From NCBI GenBank assembly GCA_039818205.1, contig JBCBUK010000018.1, forward strand, positions 1 through 64,000: a stretch of 64,000 nucleotides of DNA, in the 5' to 3' direction. The number at the start of each line of letters is the position of its first letter. Position 1 is the first letter of the stretch. Made by a program: the position numbers and the translations under genes. This document shows, piece after piece, positions 1-9,924 of the stretch. The stretch is from Verrucomicrobiota bacterium (GTDB lineage: Bacteria > Verrucomicrobiota > Verrucomicrobiia > Opitutales > Cerasicoccaceae). Below the pieces are notes generated by a model, which saw only the letters and a program-made list of their open reading frames with translations, did no database searches and was not told the origin of the DNA.

Positions 1-7
1 AGCCATA

Positions 8-67
8 TGTGCTGAAAATTCAGCACAAAACCCCAAAGGGCAAGCTTAAATGTTGATTTTTCAACAT
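8..67. promoter_or_regulatory. Two related palindromic operator-like sites (TGYTGA-N4-TCARCA)
   Basis: TGTGCTGAA-AA-TTCAGCACA at 8-27 and ATGTTGA-TTTT-TCAACAT at 50-67. A possible minus-strand ATG (cat at 4-6) lies just beyond them. Confidence 0.55.
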
Positions 68-297
68 ATCATTTCGCAATCACTCGATTAAATCACCAAC
101 AACAAGGTTTCATGTGACCCCAAATCGACCAGTTAATAGCAGTGGCGTGACGTAGAATCCGCGCTAGGCGCAATTGCTCACAATAGACGACAAATCAAAG
201 ATACTCCGTTCATCAAAACGTATCGGATTCGCCGTTAACCAAATAGAATGCGAGCATCTAACTCTGCAAGCAACATGCCACTAGTAACTTCAAAAAA

Positions 298-374
<77 letters not shown>

Positions 375-395
375 CTGGATTAGGGAAAGTCTGTG

Positions 396-423
396 AAAGT
401 AGGTTTTCGTGTCCGTTCGTCAA
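396..423 (-). promoter_or_regulatory. Probable sigma70 promoter of tRNA-Asp
   Basis: Minus strand reads TTGACG-N16-TACTTT about 20 nt upstream of the tRNA, with A/T tracts further upstream. Confidence 0.6.
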
Positions 424-563
424 GACGTATTTAGAATTTTTTCTAAAAAAATGAATCTTCATGAATCCGGTTCTCACGGGGGCTTTTTGAGCAGCCGCGG
501 GAAGTCTGCAAATATTGCGCTCTAACCTTGTCGCACGGCCAGATATTGAACCAAGATAACTCC

Positions 564-1637
564 ATGGCCAGCAACGCCCAACGCGACGCAACGCCGCGCT
601 CGAACCCATTGCGGCGATCCCATGATCATCGGAGCAAATCGGGTTCCCTGGTCGCAGCAATCGTGACCCAGGTGGTGTTGGTCCTGCTAACGGTCAGCAT
701 CATCGTTATCGCGCCACGGCTTCAGGAAGATCCTGTGACGATCCTGCCCAAGACCGTCTATCTACCTCAACGTACGCTGGAGCATCAGGCGGCGTTAGCC
801 GAGTTCCACCAATATGCGAGCACCCCTGCTGCACTCGAGACGATATCAACGCAGTCGCTACTCGCCGACGCCCTTCCCGACCTACCCGCAGTGTCCCCTG
901 ACGAAACCTTTCTGATCGACATCCAGGGTCCTATTGTTGACTCACTCGCTCTTCTCGACGGCTCAGATTTGGAAAGCGTGCTCGCCGCCCTCGACTCCAG
1001 TGGAGCCGCGGTCGATTTCTTTGGCATCGAAGAAAATGCCGAACGGTACGTCATCCTGATTGATTGCTCGAATTCCATGTTTGAACGCTCGCGTAACCGC
1101 GTCCTGCGACGGTTTGATTTCCAAACCATCAAGGCCGAGGCTCAACGTCTGGTTGAGCAGTTGAACGCCAACACGCTTTTCAACGTGGCGATCTATGAGG
1201 GCGGATCCCTTGCCTGGAAACCTTACCTCGTACCAGGCAACACGACCAACAAGCACGTGGCCAGTGAGTGGATTCAAGCGATCAACGAACATCCGAGCGC
1301 CAGCATCTCTTCCCGACGTAGTTCAGGCCCAAAACTGATCGAGGGCGGCGGCACCCGCCTCGACACCGGACTCAAGCAGGCTTTTAGCTTCGATCCAGAT
1401 GTCATCTTTGTCGTAACCGATGGAGAGATTAACCGGGGCAACTTCAAACGAATTCCAGAAGAAGAGATCCTGCAGGCAATCGATGAACTCCAATCGCCGC
1501 TGACCGAGAAGGTACGCATTCACCTTATCCACTACGAAACGGCCGTCGCCAAAGAAAGTGAAATCGCCGCAATGCGCGCGATCGCATCACGCAATCAGGG
1601 GCAGTTTCGACGGATCAAAGCAACCGAACTGGATTAG
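564..1637 (+). CDS. Membrane-anchored von Willebrand factor A (vWA) domain protein
   Basis: N-terminal hydrophobic helix, MIDAS motif DCSNS, GGGT and VTDGE. ATG 564 preferred over TTG 528. Confidence 0.8.
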   Translation: MASNAQRDATPRSNPLRRSHDHRSKSGSLVAAIVTQVVLVLLTVSIIVIAPRLQEDPVTILPKTVYLPQRTLEHQAALAEFHQYASTPAALETISTQSLLADALPDLPAVSPDETFLIDIQGPIVDSLALLDGSDLESVLAALDSSGAAVDFFGIEENAERYVILIDCSNSMFERSRNRVLRRFDFQTIKAEAQRLVEQLNANTLFNVAIYEGGSLAWKPYLVPGNTTNKHVASEWIQAINEHPSASISSRRSSGPKLIEGGGTRLDTGLKQAFSFDPDVIFVVTDGEINRGNFKRIPEEEILQAIDELQSPLTEKVRIHLIHYETAVAKESEIAAMRAIASRNQGQFRRIKATELD

Positions 1638-1640
1638 CGC

Positions 1641-2189
1641 TCAGAGCCCGCCAACGGCCTCTACAGCATTCTGCCAGATCCGACACTCACCCGGCACACC
1701 GTGAGCCATCAGCCCCTCGTTAATCGCCTCAAAGGCAGGCTCAACGACCGCGTGTTTCGGATCGCTAGGTAGGCTCGGCATCACCGTGCGTACGATAAAC
1801 CAGGCAGCCCACGCCCGCCATTTTTTGATCTCAGCCCGGTCCCCGCGCACACGATCCGCCAAATGCTGGTAATGAACCCGCGGATTCCCCATGAAGACCT
1901 CGCTGGGATTATGGTGCACCAGCCAACCGATTGACATGTAAGGCCATGGATAATCCGTCAATACCTCCTCGTCACCATTGAGGTCCGCATAAAGCGCCCG
2001 GTCGACTGCCAACAACGCCCGAGCGCTCAACCCCTGCTGCCACAGCGTTTGGCCGTAAGCCAAAGCGGTAATATAGAATTCAGCCCCCTGCTCATCTCGC
2101 CATTGGGCGAGATCACGCCAATTCATCCCGGAGCGCGCCTTTGGCAAATACGGGCAAGGCGCAAAGGCATTGGCTGGTGGCGTATCCAT
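1641..2189 (-). CDS. Hypothetical protein, last gene of the ugd-glmS-rfaD run
   Basis: 182 aa ORF starting 16 bp after rfaD on the same strand; no recognised motif. Confidence 0.7.
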   Translation of the reverse strand: MDTPPANAFAPCPYLPKARSGMNWRDLAQWRDEQGAEFYITALAYGQTLWQQGLSARALLAVDRALYADLNGDEEVLTDYPWPYMSIGWLVHHNPSEVFMGNPRVHYQHLADRVRGDRAEIKKWRAWAAWFIVRTVMPSLPSDPKHAVVEPAFEAINEGLMAHGVPGECRIWQNAVEAVGGL

Positions 2190-2205
2190 TTCCGCAGTGG
2201 ACTGC

Positions 2206-3189
2206 CTAATCGCCCAGATGTTTACTGGGAACCAGGTAGTTCGTTACGTAGTCGTTGACCGCAGCACTCAGCTCAAACTGGCAACCCGCAAATCCACTTT
2301 CCTGCAGCTTCCCAGTATCGGCTTGAGTAAAATACTGGTATTTACCACGCAGCTGTTCGGGCATCTCAATAAAGTCGATTTCTACCGGCAAATTCAACGC
2401 TTCAAAGATTGGCGTAACGAGCGAGATCCAGGTATTGGCACTGCCGCTTCCCAGGTTGAACAATCCGTTCGCATCTTTGGTTTTCGCCAAATGCAGCGTC
2501 ATCTCCACCGCATCCTTCACGTAGAGGAAGTCCCGTTTTTGGCCACCATCGGGATAATCGGCATGGTAGCTCTTGAACAAACTCACTCGCCCGGTTTGAC
2601 GAATCTGGCCATAGGCTTTGTGCACGACACTCCGCATATCATCCTTGTGATCCTCGTTGGGGCCAAAGACGTTAAAATACTTGAGACCAACAATCTGATC
2701 CAACCAACCCTCACGCTTGGCAAAGCAATCGAAGAGGTGCTTGGAATAGCCATACATATTTAAGGGACGAAGCTGATGAAGGTCTTCCAACCGATCGTCC
2801 ATCCCTTGAGCGCCATCGCCATAGGTAGCAGCCGATGACGCATAGACGAACCGCGCATTATTCTCCAACGACCATGCGGCCAATGCCTTGGTATACTCAA
2901 AATTGTTGTGGACTAGGTAGCGGCTATCCCGCTCGGTCGTCGCCGAGCAAGCGCCTAAGTGCAAAACCAGGTCAATGCCCGACAACAGATCGTCTGCCAG
3001 GATTTCGATCAAGTCATCGGCTTCCAGGTAGTCAGCGAACTTGAGCGGGACCAGGTTTTTCCACTTCTCATCCTGCCCAAGGAAATCTGAAACAAGGATG
3101 TCCTCACGCCCCTGCTGGTTCAACGCCCAGATCAATGCGCTGCCGATAAATCCGGCTCCGCCAGTGACAAGTATTCTTGGCTTAGACAT
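2206..3189 (-). CDS. rfaD: ADP-L-glycero-D-manno-heptose 6-epimerase
   Basis: TGGAGFIGS, HLGACSATTE, YASSAATYG, PLNMYGYSK, YFNVFGPNE and KYQYFTQAD motifs. Confidence 0.95.
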   Translation of the reverse strand: MSKPRILVTGGAGFIGSALIWALNQQGREDILVSDFLGQDEKWKNLVPLKFADYLEADDLIEILADDLLSGIDLVLHLGACSATTERDSRYLVHNNFEYTKALAAWSLENNARFVYASSAATYGDGAQGMDDRLEDLHQLRPLNMYGYSKHLFDCFAKREGWLDQIVGLKYFNVFGPNEDHKDDMRSVVHKAYGQIRQTGRVSLFKSYHADYPDGGQKRDFLYVKDAVEMTLHLAKTKDANGLFNLGSGSANTWISLVTPIFEALNLPVEIDFIEMPEQLRGKYQYFTQADTGKLQESGFAGCQFELSAAVNDYVTNYLVPSKHLGD

Positions 3190-3212
3190 CAAATAATGGT
3201 TCGTGACTACCC

Positions 3213-5072
3213 CTACTCTACCGTGACGCTCTTGGCGAGGTTGCGTGGCTTATCAACGTCGCACTGACGATTGACCGCAATATAGTAGGCCAACAGCTGA
3301 AGTGGAATAGTCGTCAAAATCGGCATGACACAATCGTGAGCATGCGGGATATGAATGACGTCATCCGCGCCTTCTTCTGGAAAGTCTTTGCCTGCACTGG
3401 TGATCGCGATGACCTTACCCTTGCGAGCGCGAGTTTCCTGGATGTTTGCTAGGACCTTAGAAAACGTATCACCATGGGGCGAAAGCACCACACTCGGGCA
3501 TTCCTCGCTGATTAGTGCAATCGGCCCGTGTTTCATCTCAGCCGCTGGATAACCCTCCGCATGGATGTAGGAAATCTCCTTGAGCTTTAGGGCGCCTTCC
3601 AAAGCAATTGGAAACATGCTCTGGCGTCCCAGAAAGAGAAAATCTTCGTAATGGGTATAGCGGCTTGCGATCTCCTTTATCTGCTCGGCTTGACCAAGAA
3701 TCTGGCTAACCAGCCCCGGAAGGGTCCGAAACGCTTTCACCATTTCCTGGCCAGCGCTGAAAGACAAATCACGCATACGACCCAAGTGTAGGGCGAGCAT
3801 ACCGGCAATGACCACCTGGGATGTAAACGCCTTGGTCGATGCAACGCCGATTTCTGGTCCAGCGTGTTGGTAAACGCCGCCATCAGTCTCGCGAGCAATC
3901 GTCGAACCAACGCCATTCGTAATGCCCAACACCGGGTAGCCTTTACGCTTGGCTTCCCGTAAGGCTTCCAGTGTGTCGAGGGTTTCGCCACTTTGGCTGA
4001 TTACGAATACGAGTGTATTCTTATCCAAGGGTGCATTCCGGTAGCGGAACTCGCTGGCATACTCAACCTCGACCGGGATACGGGCATACTTCTCAATTAA
4101 ATACTCCGCAACCAAGCAGGCATGCCAGGCCGTTCCACAAGCACAGAACAAAATCCGATCCACTTGGCGAAAATCACGGGCGTCGATGTTCAGACCACCA
4201 AACTTGGCGGTAGACTCATCATCCGAAAAGCGTCCTCGCATGGCATTTTCAAGCGCCATTGGCTGCTCGAAAATTTCCTTCTCCATGTAGTGAGTAAATG
4301 CTCCAAGTTCCGCTTGCTCGATCTTCCAGTCGATTTGGTTGATGACTGGATCAACCAATTGCTCATCCTCGCTAAGCGTGGTGATCGAGAAATCGTCGGC
4401 GGTCAAATGAACGATCTGGCCATCGTCAAGGTAAACGACGTTCTGAGTCCGCCCAACGAACGCGGCAACGTCACTGGCAAGCAGGTTCTCGCCATTTCCA
4501 ATGCCGAGACATAGCGGGCTGCCTTTGCGAGCGCCGACGATATCCTCCGGTGCATCCACGCAAACAACCGCGATTCCGTAAGTGCCTTCAACCAGACTCA
4601 AGCTGTGGCGAACTGCGGCGACCAATCGCGTTGCCCCCTCACCCTCGAGGGTCTCACGAGAATAGTGGTAGGCAATCAGGTTAACCAGGACTTCGGTGTC
4701 GGTCTCACTACAAAACGTGACGCCTTCGCCCTTCAGAAAACGACGCAACGCCTCATGGTTTTCGATCACTCCATTGTGAACGGCCGAAATCTTTCCGTCC
4801 CAGGACAAGTGCGGGTGCGCATTGGTATCATTCACGCCACCATGCGTCGCCCAACGCGTGTGGCTGATTCCAATCTGCGCCTCAGCATTGCGACGATTAA
4901 CCAGGCCGGCGACGTTCTCGACGCGCCCAGTTTTCTTCATAATTTCAATACCACCGTCATCAAGGAGCGCAACGCCAGCCGAATCATATCCGCGGTATTC
5001 CAGGCGCTTTAAACCTTCAATCAAAATGGCACTGGCCTTCTGTCGGCCGATGTATCCAACAATTCCACACAT
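3213..5072 (-). CDS. glmS: Glutamine--fructose-6-phosphate aminotransferase
   Basis: MCGIVG start, LEYRGYDSAG, HTRWATHG, SQSGET and PRNLAKSVTVE end. Confidence 0.98.
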   Translation of the reverse strand: MCGIVGYIGRQKASAILIEGLKRLEYRGYDSAGVALLDDGGIEIMKKTGRVENVAGLVNRRNAEAQIGISHTRWATHGGVNDTNAHPHLSWDGKISAVHNGVIENHEALRRFLKGEGVTFCSETDTEVLVNLIAYHYSRETLEGEGATRLVAAVRHSLSLVEGTYGIAVVCVDAPEDIVGARKGSPLCLGIGNGENLLASDVAAFVGRTQNVVYLDDGQIVHLTADDFSITTLSEDEQLVDPVINQIDWKIEQAELGAFTHYMEKEIFEQPMALENAMRGRFSDDESTAKFGGLNIDARDFRQVDRILFCACGTAWHACLVAEYLIEKYARIPVEVEYASEFRYRNAPLDKNTLVFVISQSGETLDTLEALREAKRKGYPVLGITNGVGSTIARETDGGVYQHAGPEIGVASTKAFTSQVVIAGMLALHLGRMRDLSFSAGQEMVKAFRTLPGLVSQILGQAEQIKEIASRYTHYEDFLFLGRQSMFPIALEGALKLKEISYIHAEGYPAAEMKHGPIALISEECPSVVLSPHGDTFSKVLANIQETRARKGKVIAITSAGKDFPEEGADDVIHIPHAHDCVMPILTTIPLQLLAYYIAVNRQCDVDKPRNLAKSVTVE

Positions 5073-5087
5073 AAAATAAACTTTCGA

Positions 5088-6464
5088 TTATACGCGCCCG
5101 ATTCCAGAAATCTCAAACCCGATTTCACTGAGTTTTTGGACATCCAGGATATTCCGACCATCGAAAACGAAGGCCGGTTTCAGCATATTGTCGTAAATAC
5201 GCTTCCAGTCGAGGTCTCGAAATTGGTCCCATTCGGTCAACACGGCGATGGCATGGGCATCTTCACAGGCCGAATAAACGTCCTCATCCACCGTAATAGA
5301 CAGGTTCGCAGAACCATCGCTATTGGTCGGCTCCTGACCGAGGTCCCGAAATACCTGTTCGGGGCGCACCTTCGGATCGTAGACGTGGACATTCGCTTGC
5401 TCCTCAAGAAGATCCTTACAAACGTAGATCGCAGGCGACTCGCGGGTGTCGTTTGTGTCTTTTTTAAACGCAAAGCCCAAGATCGCGATTTTCTTGTCCG
5501 AAACGGTGTTGAAAAGCGTTTTGACCATGCGACGCACAAAGCGGCGCTTCTGGTAGTCGTTCATTGCGATCACCTGCTGCCAATAATCGGCCACTTCGGG
5601 CAGGCCGAAGTGCTCGCTAAGGTAGACCAGGTTCAAAATGTCTTTCTGGAAGCATGAGCCGCCAAAGCCAACCGAGCTCCGGAGGAACTTTGGCCCGATG
5701 CGAGAATCCGTTCCGATGGCGCGTGCCACCTCATCGACATCGGCCTCGGTGGCCTCGCACAATGCGCTAATCGCATTGATCGACGAAACCCGCTGCGCCA
5801 AAAACGCATTAGCAGTCAGCTTGGAAAGCTCTGATGACCAAACATTTGTGGTAATAATGCGATCGCGTGGCACCCAGTGTGCGTAAATGTCGACCAAGGC
5901 CTCAGCCGCCTTCTCGCCCTCGGGCGTTTGCTCACCACCAATCAGCACGCGATCGGGATCGTCCAAATCTTGGATCGCAGTTCCCTCCGCAAGGAATTCG
6001 GGGTTAGAGAGCACTTGGAAGGTAAAATCACCACCACAGCCCTCCAAAATGCGTCGGATCGACTCTGCCGTGCGCACGGGAAGCGTGGATTTTTCAACCA
6101 CAATGATATTTCCCTTCGCGACCTCTGCAATGCGGCGGGCGCAACGCTCAATGAACTTCAAATCAGCCGCCCGGCCCGCTCCAACTCCGTAGGTTTTGGT
6201 CGGAGTATTGACCGAGATAAAAATCATGTCCGCATTGGCAATTCCCTCATCGACCTCAGTGGAGAAAAAGAGATTGCGACCGCGTGCTTCCCGCACCACC
6301 TCATCCAAGCCAGGCTCGTAGACTGGGAGCTCATCGGAGTTCCAGGCGGCAATGCGCTGAGCATTGATGTCCACGACGGTCACCCGGTGTTCGGGGCATT
6401 TGAGGGCAATCATGGCCATTGTGGGTCCGCCCACATAGCCAGCTCCAATACAACATATGTTCAT
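5088..6464 (-). CDS. ugd: UDP-glucose 6-dehydrogenase
   Basis: [28 protein letters not shown] and catalytic [10 protein letters not shown]. Start placed at MNICC (6464). Confidence 0.95.
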   Translation of the reverse strand: MNICCIGAGYVGGPTMAMIALKCPEHRVTVVDINAQRIAAWNSDELPVYEPGLDEVVREARGRNLFFSTEVDEGIANADMIFISVNTPTKTYGVGAGRAADLKFIERCARRIAEVAKGNIIVVEKSTLPVRTAESIRRILEGCGGDFTFQVLSNPEFLAEGTAIQDLDDPDRVLIGGEQTPEGEKAAEALVDIYAHWVPRDRIITTNVWSSELSKLTANAFLAQRVSSINAISALCEATEADVDEVARAIGTDSRIGPKFLRSSVGFGGSCFQKDILNLVYLSEHFGLPEVADYWQQVIAMNDYQKRRFVRRMVKTLFNTVSDKKIAILGFAFKKDTNDTRESPAIYVCKDLLEEQANVHVYDPKVRPEQVFRDLGQEPTNSDGSANLSITVDEDVYSACEDAHAIAVLTEWDQFRDLDWKRIYDNMLKPAFVFDGRNILDVQKLSEIGFEISGIGRV

Positions 6465-6732
6465 CGATGTGAAAGATTTGGGAAAATGTCGCGCAGATTG
6501 CGACATCGGGTTGAAATGCAAAGATCGTAGGGGGATAGTGTGTAACGTAAGTTGATGCGATAAAAAAACCATCAACAACGCTTATTCACGCTTTGGGTCG
6601 ATACCCGGTGCCAACCGCTCCGGGGGTTATTTATATTATCGTGTTTCCAGGCTTGCCCGAGACGCGATTGCTTGTTGCCATCATACGCTAAGCTAACCGA
6701 CCAAACCACTCGGTCCGTTAGCGGACAACACT

Positions 6733-8079
6733 GTGAGCGGAAGCGTATTAGAGACGATTAGTGAGACCGCAGCCCAAGAGAAGGCTTCTGCGGGAGACGC
6801 CGCACATGCCGAAGACGAAACGGCGGCGACCAAGGATCAGGATTGCTCCGCCAATAAGGCCGCTCACCTGAAAATCGCCTACCTTTTTACCACCTTCCCG
6901 GTCACTTCCGAGACCTTCCTTCAGCGGGAAGTCCGCGTGATGGCTTCGCGCGGAGTCGACGTCGACATCCATTCCTTGTGGCTGGGCGACACCGAATGGG
7001 AGGGCCGCACAATCAAAAAGTTTCCTCACTCGGCGTTATTAAAGCTCTTTTGGCTTCTGCCGAAATACATGTTTTTGCGCCCCGATGTGCTGCATGAGCT
7101 ATTTGAAAATCTCTTCAAATACAATATGCCCTCACTGCTCAATCTCGGTGAAACCATGCGCGGTATCGGGTGCGCACTCGTACTCGCCGACGAATTCAAG
7201 CGGGACAAACCAGATGTATTTCACTGCGTGTGGGCGACCATGCCTGCGACCGCAGGCTGGATTCTCAACAAGCTCACCGGAGTTCCCTACACGATGGGCG
7301 CCCACGCCTACGACGTCTTTAAAAAGGAGGGCGACTGGTTGCTGACTCCCAAGCTCAAGTCCGCACTCATTGTCCACACGACAACCGATGCGGCCAAGCG
7401 TCACCTAATTGCCAAAGGCGCTCGCAAAGAGCGCGTTTTGCTGATCCGCCGGGGCCTCGACAAATTTCCGCCCTGCAAGCTCCCCCGAGCCGAACGCCGC
7501 CCGCTAAGAATCCTCAGCGTCGGCCGCCTCGTGCCGAAAAAGGGCTACCACCGACAGCTGGAAATCCTTCGCCAATTGGCGGATGACGGCGTCGACTTTG
7601 AAGCCCGAATTGTGGGCGGTGGTCGCATCGAAGACAGCCTGCGCAAGCGCCATGCCGAGCTCGGCCTACATGACCACGTGGACCTCCTCGGGCGCCGCCC
7701 GTTTACCGAGGTCAAGAAGCAGTATGACTGGGCAGACGTTCTGATTTTCACCGGTATCGTGGCGCAGGATGGCGACCGCGATGGCCTTCCCAACGTCATT
7801 CCCGAAGCAATGGCCATGGGTCTCCCCGTGGTAACCTCGCCGGTCGCTGGCACAACGGAGGCCATTCACCATGACGAGACGGGCTTTGTCGCCCGCAACG
7901 ACGACTACCTCGCCTGGAAGAGTGCCCTCACCCGCCTCCAATCCTGCGACGAAACGTTTCACCGCATCCGCGAAAACGCCCGCACCTGGGTAGAAAAGAA
8001 CTACGACAACCAGGTCAACGCCACTGCCCTCGCAACTCGCCTCAAGGCCTCGGTTGAAGAGCTGACCCGGAAGGATTGA
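6733..8079 (+). CDS. GT4-family glycosyltransferase (WcaL-like)
   Basis: FPVTSETF, SVGRLVPKKG and DGLPNVIPEAMAMGLPVV motifs. Confidence 0.9.
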   Translation: MSGSVLETISETAAQEKASAGDAAHAEDETAATKDQDCSANKAAHLKIAYLFTTFPVTSETFLQREVRVMASRGVDVDIHSLWLGDTEWEGRTIKKFPHSALLKLFWLLPKYMFLRPDVLHELFENLFKYNMPSLLNLGETMRGIGCALVLADEFKRDKPDVFHCVWATMPATAGWILNKLTGVPYTMGAHAYDVFKKEGDWLLTPKLKSALIVHTTTDAAKRHLIAKGARKERVLLIRRGLDKFPPCKLPRAERRPLRILSVGRLVPKKGYHRQLEILRQLADDGVDFEARIVGGGRIEDSLRKRHAELGLHDHVDLLGRRPFTEVKKQYDWADVLIFTGIVAQDGDRDGLPNVIPEAMAMGLPVVTSPVAGTTEAIHHDETGFVARNDDYLAWKSALTRLQSCDETFHRIRENARTWVEKNYDNQVNATALATRLKASVEELTRKD

Positions 8080-8090
8080 TCTAAGTCAAA

Positions 8091-8456
8091 ATGGACATCG
8101 AACCATTTATCGGACCTTCAAAATCATTGTCCCAATGGCTTGGCGATTGCAAAGAAAACCGAGGCCAGGGCTACTGGCTAATTTTCAAAGACCTTAGTGA
8201 GCAGGAAAACCTCTCGCTAGAAACTGAGATTTTTCCAATAACGGGCAATACTGGCGAATTGACCGACGATGAATTTATCGAACTTGATGATCGTATTGTT
8301 CGATCGGGATTTAGTAATTTTCTGAATTTGGATCAGTTGGAAGACATAGTCGATAATCTTAACATTCAGAAAGCTGATTACAATGATTCTGAGCTTTTGA
8401 GGGCAGTTGAGCATTATTTCTCGCACGACGCTTTCATCTCAATCGATAGCGACTAG
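8091..8456 (+). CDS. AT-rich acidic hypothetical protein
   Basis: 121 aa ORF filling the gap between the GT4 gene and rlmB; about 41% GC by hand count (151/366). Confidence 0.7.
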   Translation: MDIEPFIGPSKSLSQWLGDCKENRGQGYWLIFKDLSEQENLSLETEIFPITGNTGELTDDEFIELDDRIVRSGFSNFLNLDQLEDIVDNLNIQKADYNDSELLRAVEHYFSHDAFISIDSD

Positions 8457-8525
8457 TTCGGTTTTTACCAAATTGTGGCGTTGCATGCGGGCGAGCCCTT
8501 CGCCTAATTTTACGGTTTTGAAGAT

Positions 8526-9098
8526 ATGCCACGCCGTCGCGCCCAAAATGTCCGTGCCCGCGCCAATGCCCACGTTGCCGACAGGCAGATTGTGGACCGC
8601 ATTGATGAAGATGAACTCATCGAACGCCTTGGGGCACTCGAAGAAGATCCGTTCATCCTCGCGCTCGACCAGATACAAGACCCACACAACTTGGGTGCTT
8701 GCCTGCGCACTGCGGATGCCGCCGGCGTCCACGCAGTAATCGCACCACAGCACCGGGCGGTCGGTATCACCGATACAGTTCGGCGAATTTCCGTGGGGGC
8801 CGCCGACAACGTTCCCTATGTGCAGGTGGTCAACTTGGGCCGCACCCTGGACCGTTTCAAAGAAATGGGTATCTGGCTCGTTGGTACCGGCGATGAGGAA
8901 AGCGAACTCATTTACACCGTGAATCTAACCGGCCCACTGTGTATGGTCATGGGATCTGAAGCCGAGGGCATTCGCAACAAAACCGGCCGGAAGTGCGACC
9001 ACCTAGTCAAGGTTCCCATGAACGGAACCGTCGATTGTTTGAACGTTTCGGTGGCAACCGGTGTCTGTCTATTTGAAGCGGTACGGCAACGGGGGTAA
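8526..9098 (+). CDS. rlmB: SPOUT 2'-O-methyltransferase, RlmB/TrmH family (short form)
   Basis: LDQIQDPHNLGACLRTA, VMGSEAEG and VPMNGTVDCLNVSVATG SpoU motifs. Confidence 0.85.
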   Translation: MPRRRAQNVRARANAHVADRQIVDRIDEDELIERLGALEEDPFILALDQIQDPHNLGACLRTADAAGVHAVIAPQHRAVGITDTVRRISVGAADNVPYVQVVNLGRTLDRFKEMGIWLVGTGDEESELIYTVNLTGPLCMVMGSEAEGIRNKTGRKCDHLVKVPMNGTVDCLNVSVATGVCLFEAVRQRG

Positions 9099-9911
9099 AT
9101 GAGGGATAACAAACAGGCGTTTATTGCATCAACGGTGCTCCATATCGTGGCACTGGGGGTCGTCGCAGGCTTTATTTTGGTGAAACCCAAAGAGCCCGAG
9201 CAACCCGTTGTTCTGGAGCTGGTTGTGCTGCCCGAAGAAAACGATACACCGACGCCGCCAACTCCCGAGCCGGTCACGGAATTTACGCCGCCGCAAATCG
9301 AGGAGGTTCAACCGCGTAAACTGCCCGATGTAAACATTCCTGAACCGGAACCCGAGCCACCACCCCCTGAGCCAGAGCCGGAGCCGGAGCTCGTCGAAGA
9401 AACGCCGCCTCCGCCGCCAGAGCCTAAACCCGAACCAAAGAAGCCGGAGCCCAAGCCCGAAAAGCCCAAGGTCCAGAAAATGGACATCAATCAGTTTCGG
9501 AAGAAGCACGGCCTGCCGGACCAGGTAAAGCGGACCCAGCCCAAACCGCAGGTCACCACACACAAGATTGACACTTCGAAGATCAATCAAGATCTGCAGA
9601 AGGTCCAAACCCTAAGCTACACCTCGAGCGCCAAAGCAAGCACGCCGCAAATTGCCGCTTACGAGAAACGCCTTGTCCAAGCAATCGAACTTCGCTGGAA
9701 CAAGCCGACTGCTGGCTCCGGTGATGAATGGGCCCAGGTCAAATTTACCGTCGCGGCCAATGGCACCATCAGCAACATCCGCGTCTTAAAAAGCCAGGGT
9801 CCGGCATCGTTTGTTGCTAGCATCAAAGCTGCCATCCAAAGCACCTCTTCGATCGGACCACGCCCCAAAGGCTGGAACGGCGAAATGACGATTATTTTCC
9901 GACTTGAGTAA
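9099..9911 (+). CDS. TonB/TolA-family energy transducer
   Basis: N-terminal TM helix with an SxxxH motif (STVLH), an EP/KP-rich linker and a TonB-C-like C-terminus. Confidence 0.85.
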   Translation: MRDNKQAFIASTVLHIVALGVVAGFILVKPKEPEQPVVLELVVLPEENDTPTPPTPEPVTEFTPPQIEEVQPRKLPDVNIPEPEPEPPPPEPEPEPELVEETPPPPPEPKPEPKKPEPKPEKPKVQKMDINQFRKKHGLPDQVKRTQPKPQVTTHKIDTSKINQDLQKVQTLSYTSSAKASTPQIAAYEKRLVQAIELRWNKPTAGSGDEWAQVKFTVAANGTISNIRVLKSQGPASFVASIKAAIQSTSSIGPRPKGWNGEMTIIFRLE

Positions 9912-9924
9912 TCTAAGCTGGATC

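Noticed and set aside
5073..5087. glmS ribozyme
   Set aside because: Only 15 bp separate ugd and glmS.
9340..9475. Repetitive GAGCCG/AAGCC sequence
   Set aside because: It encodes the EP/KP linker of the TonB-like protein and is not an independent repeat element.
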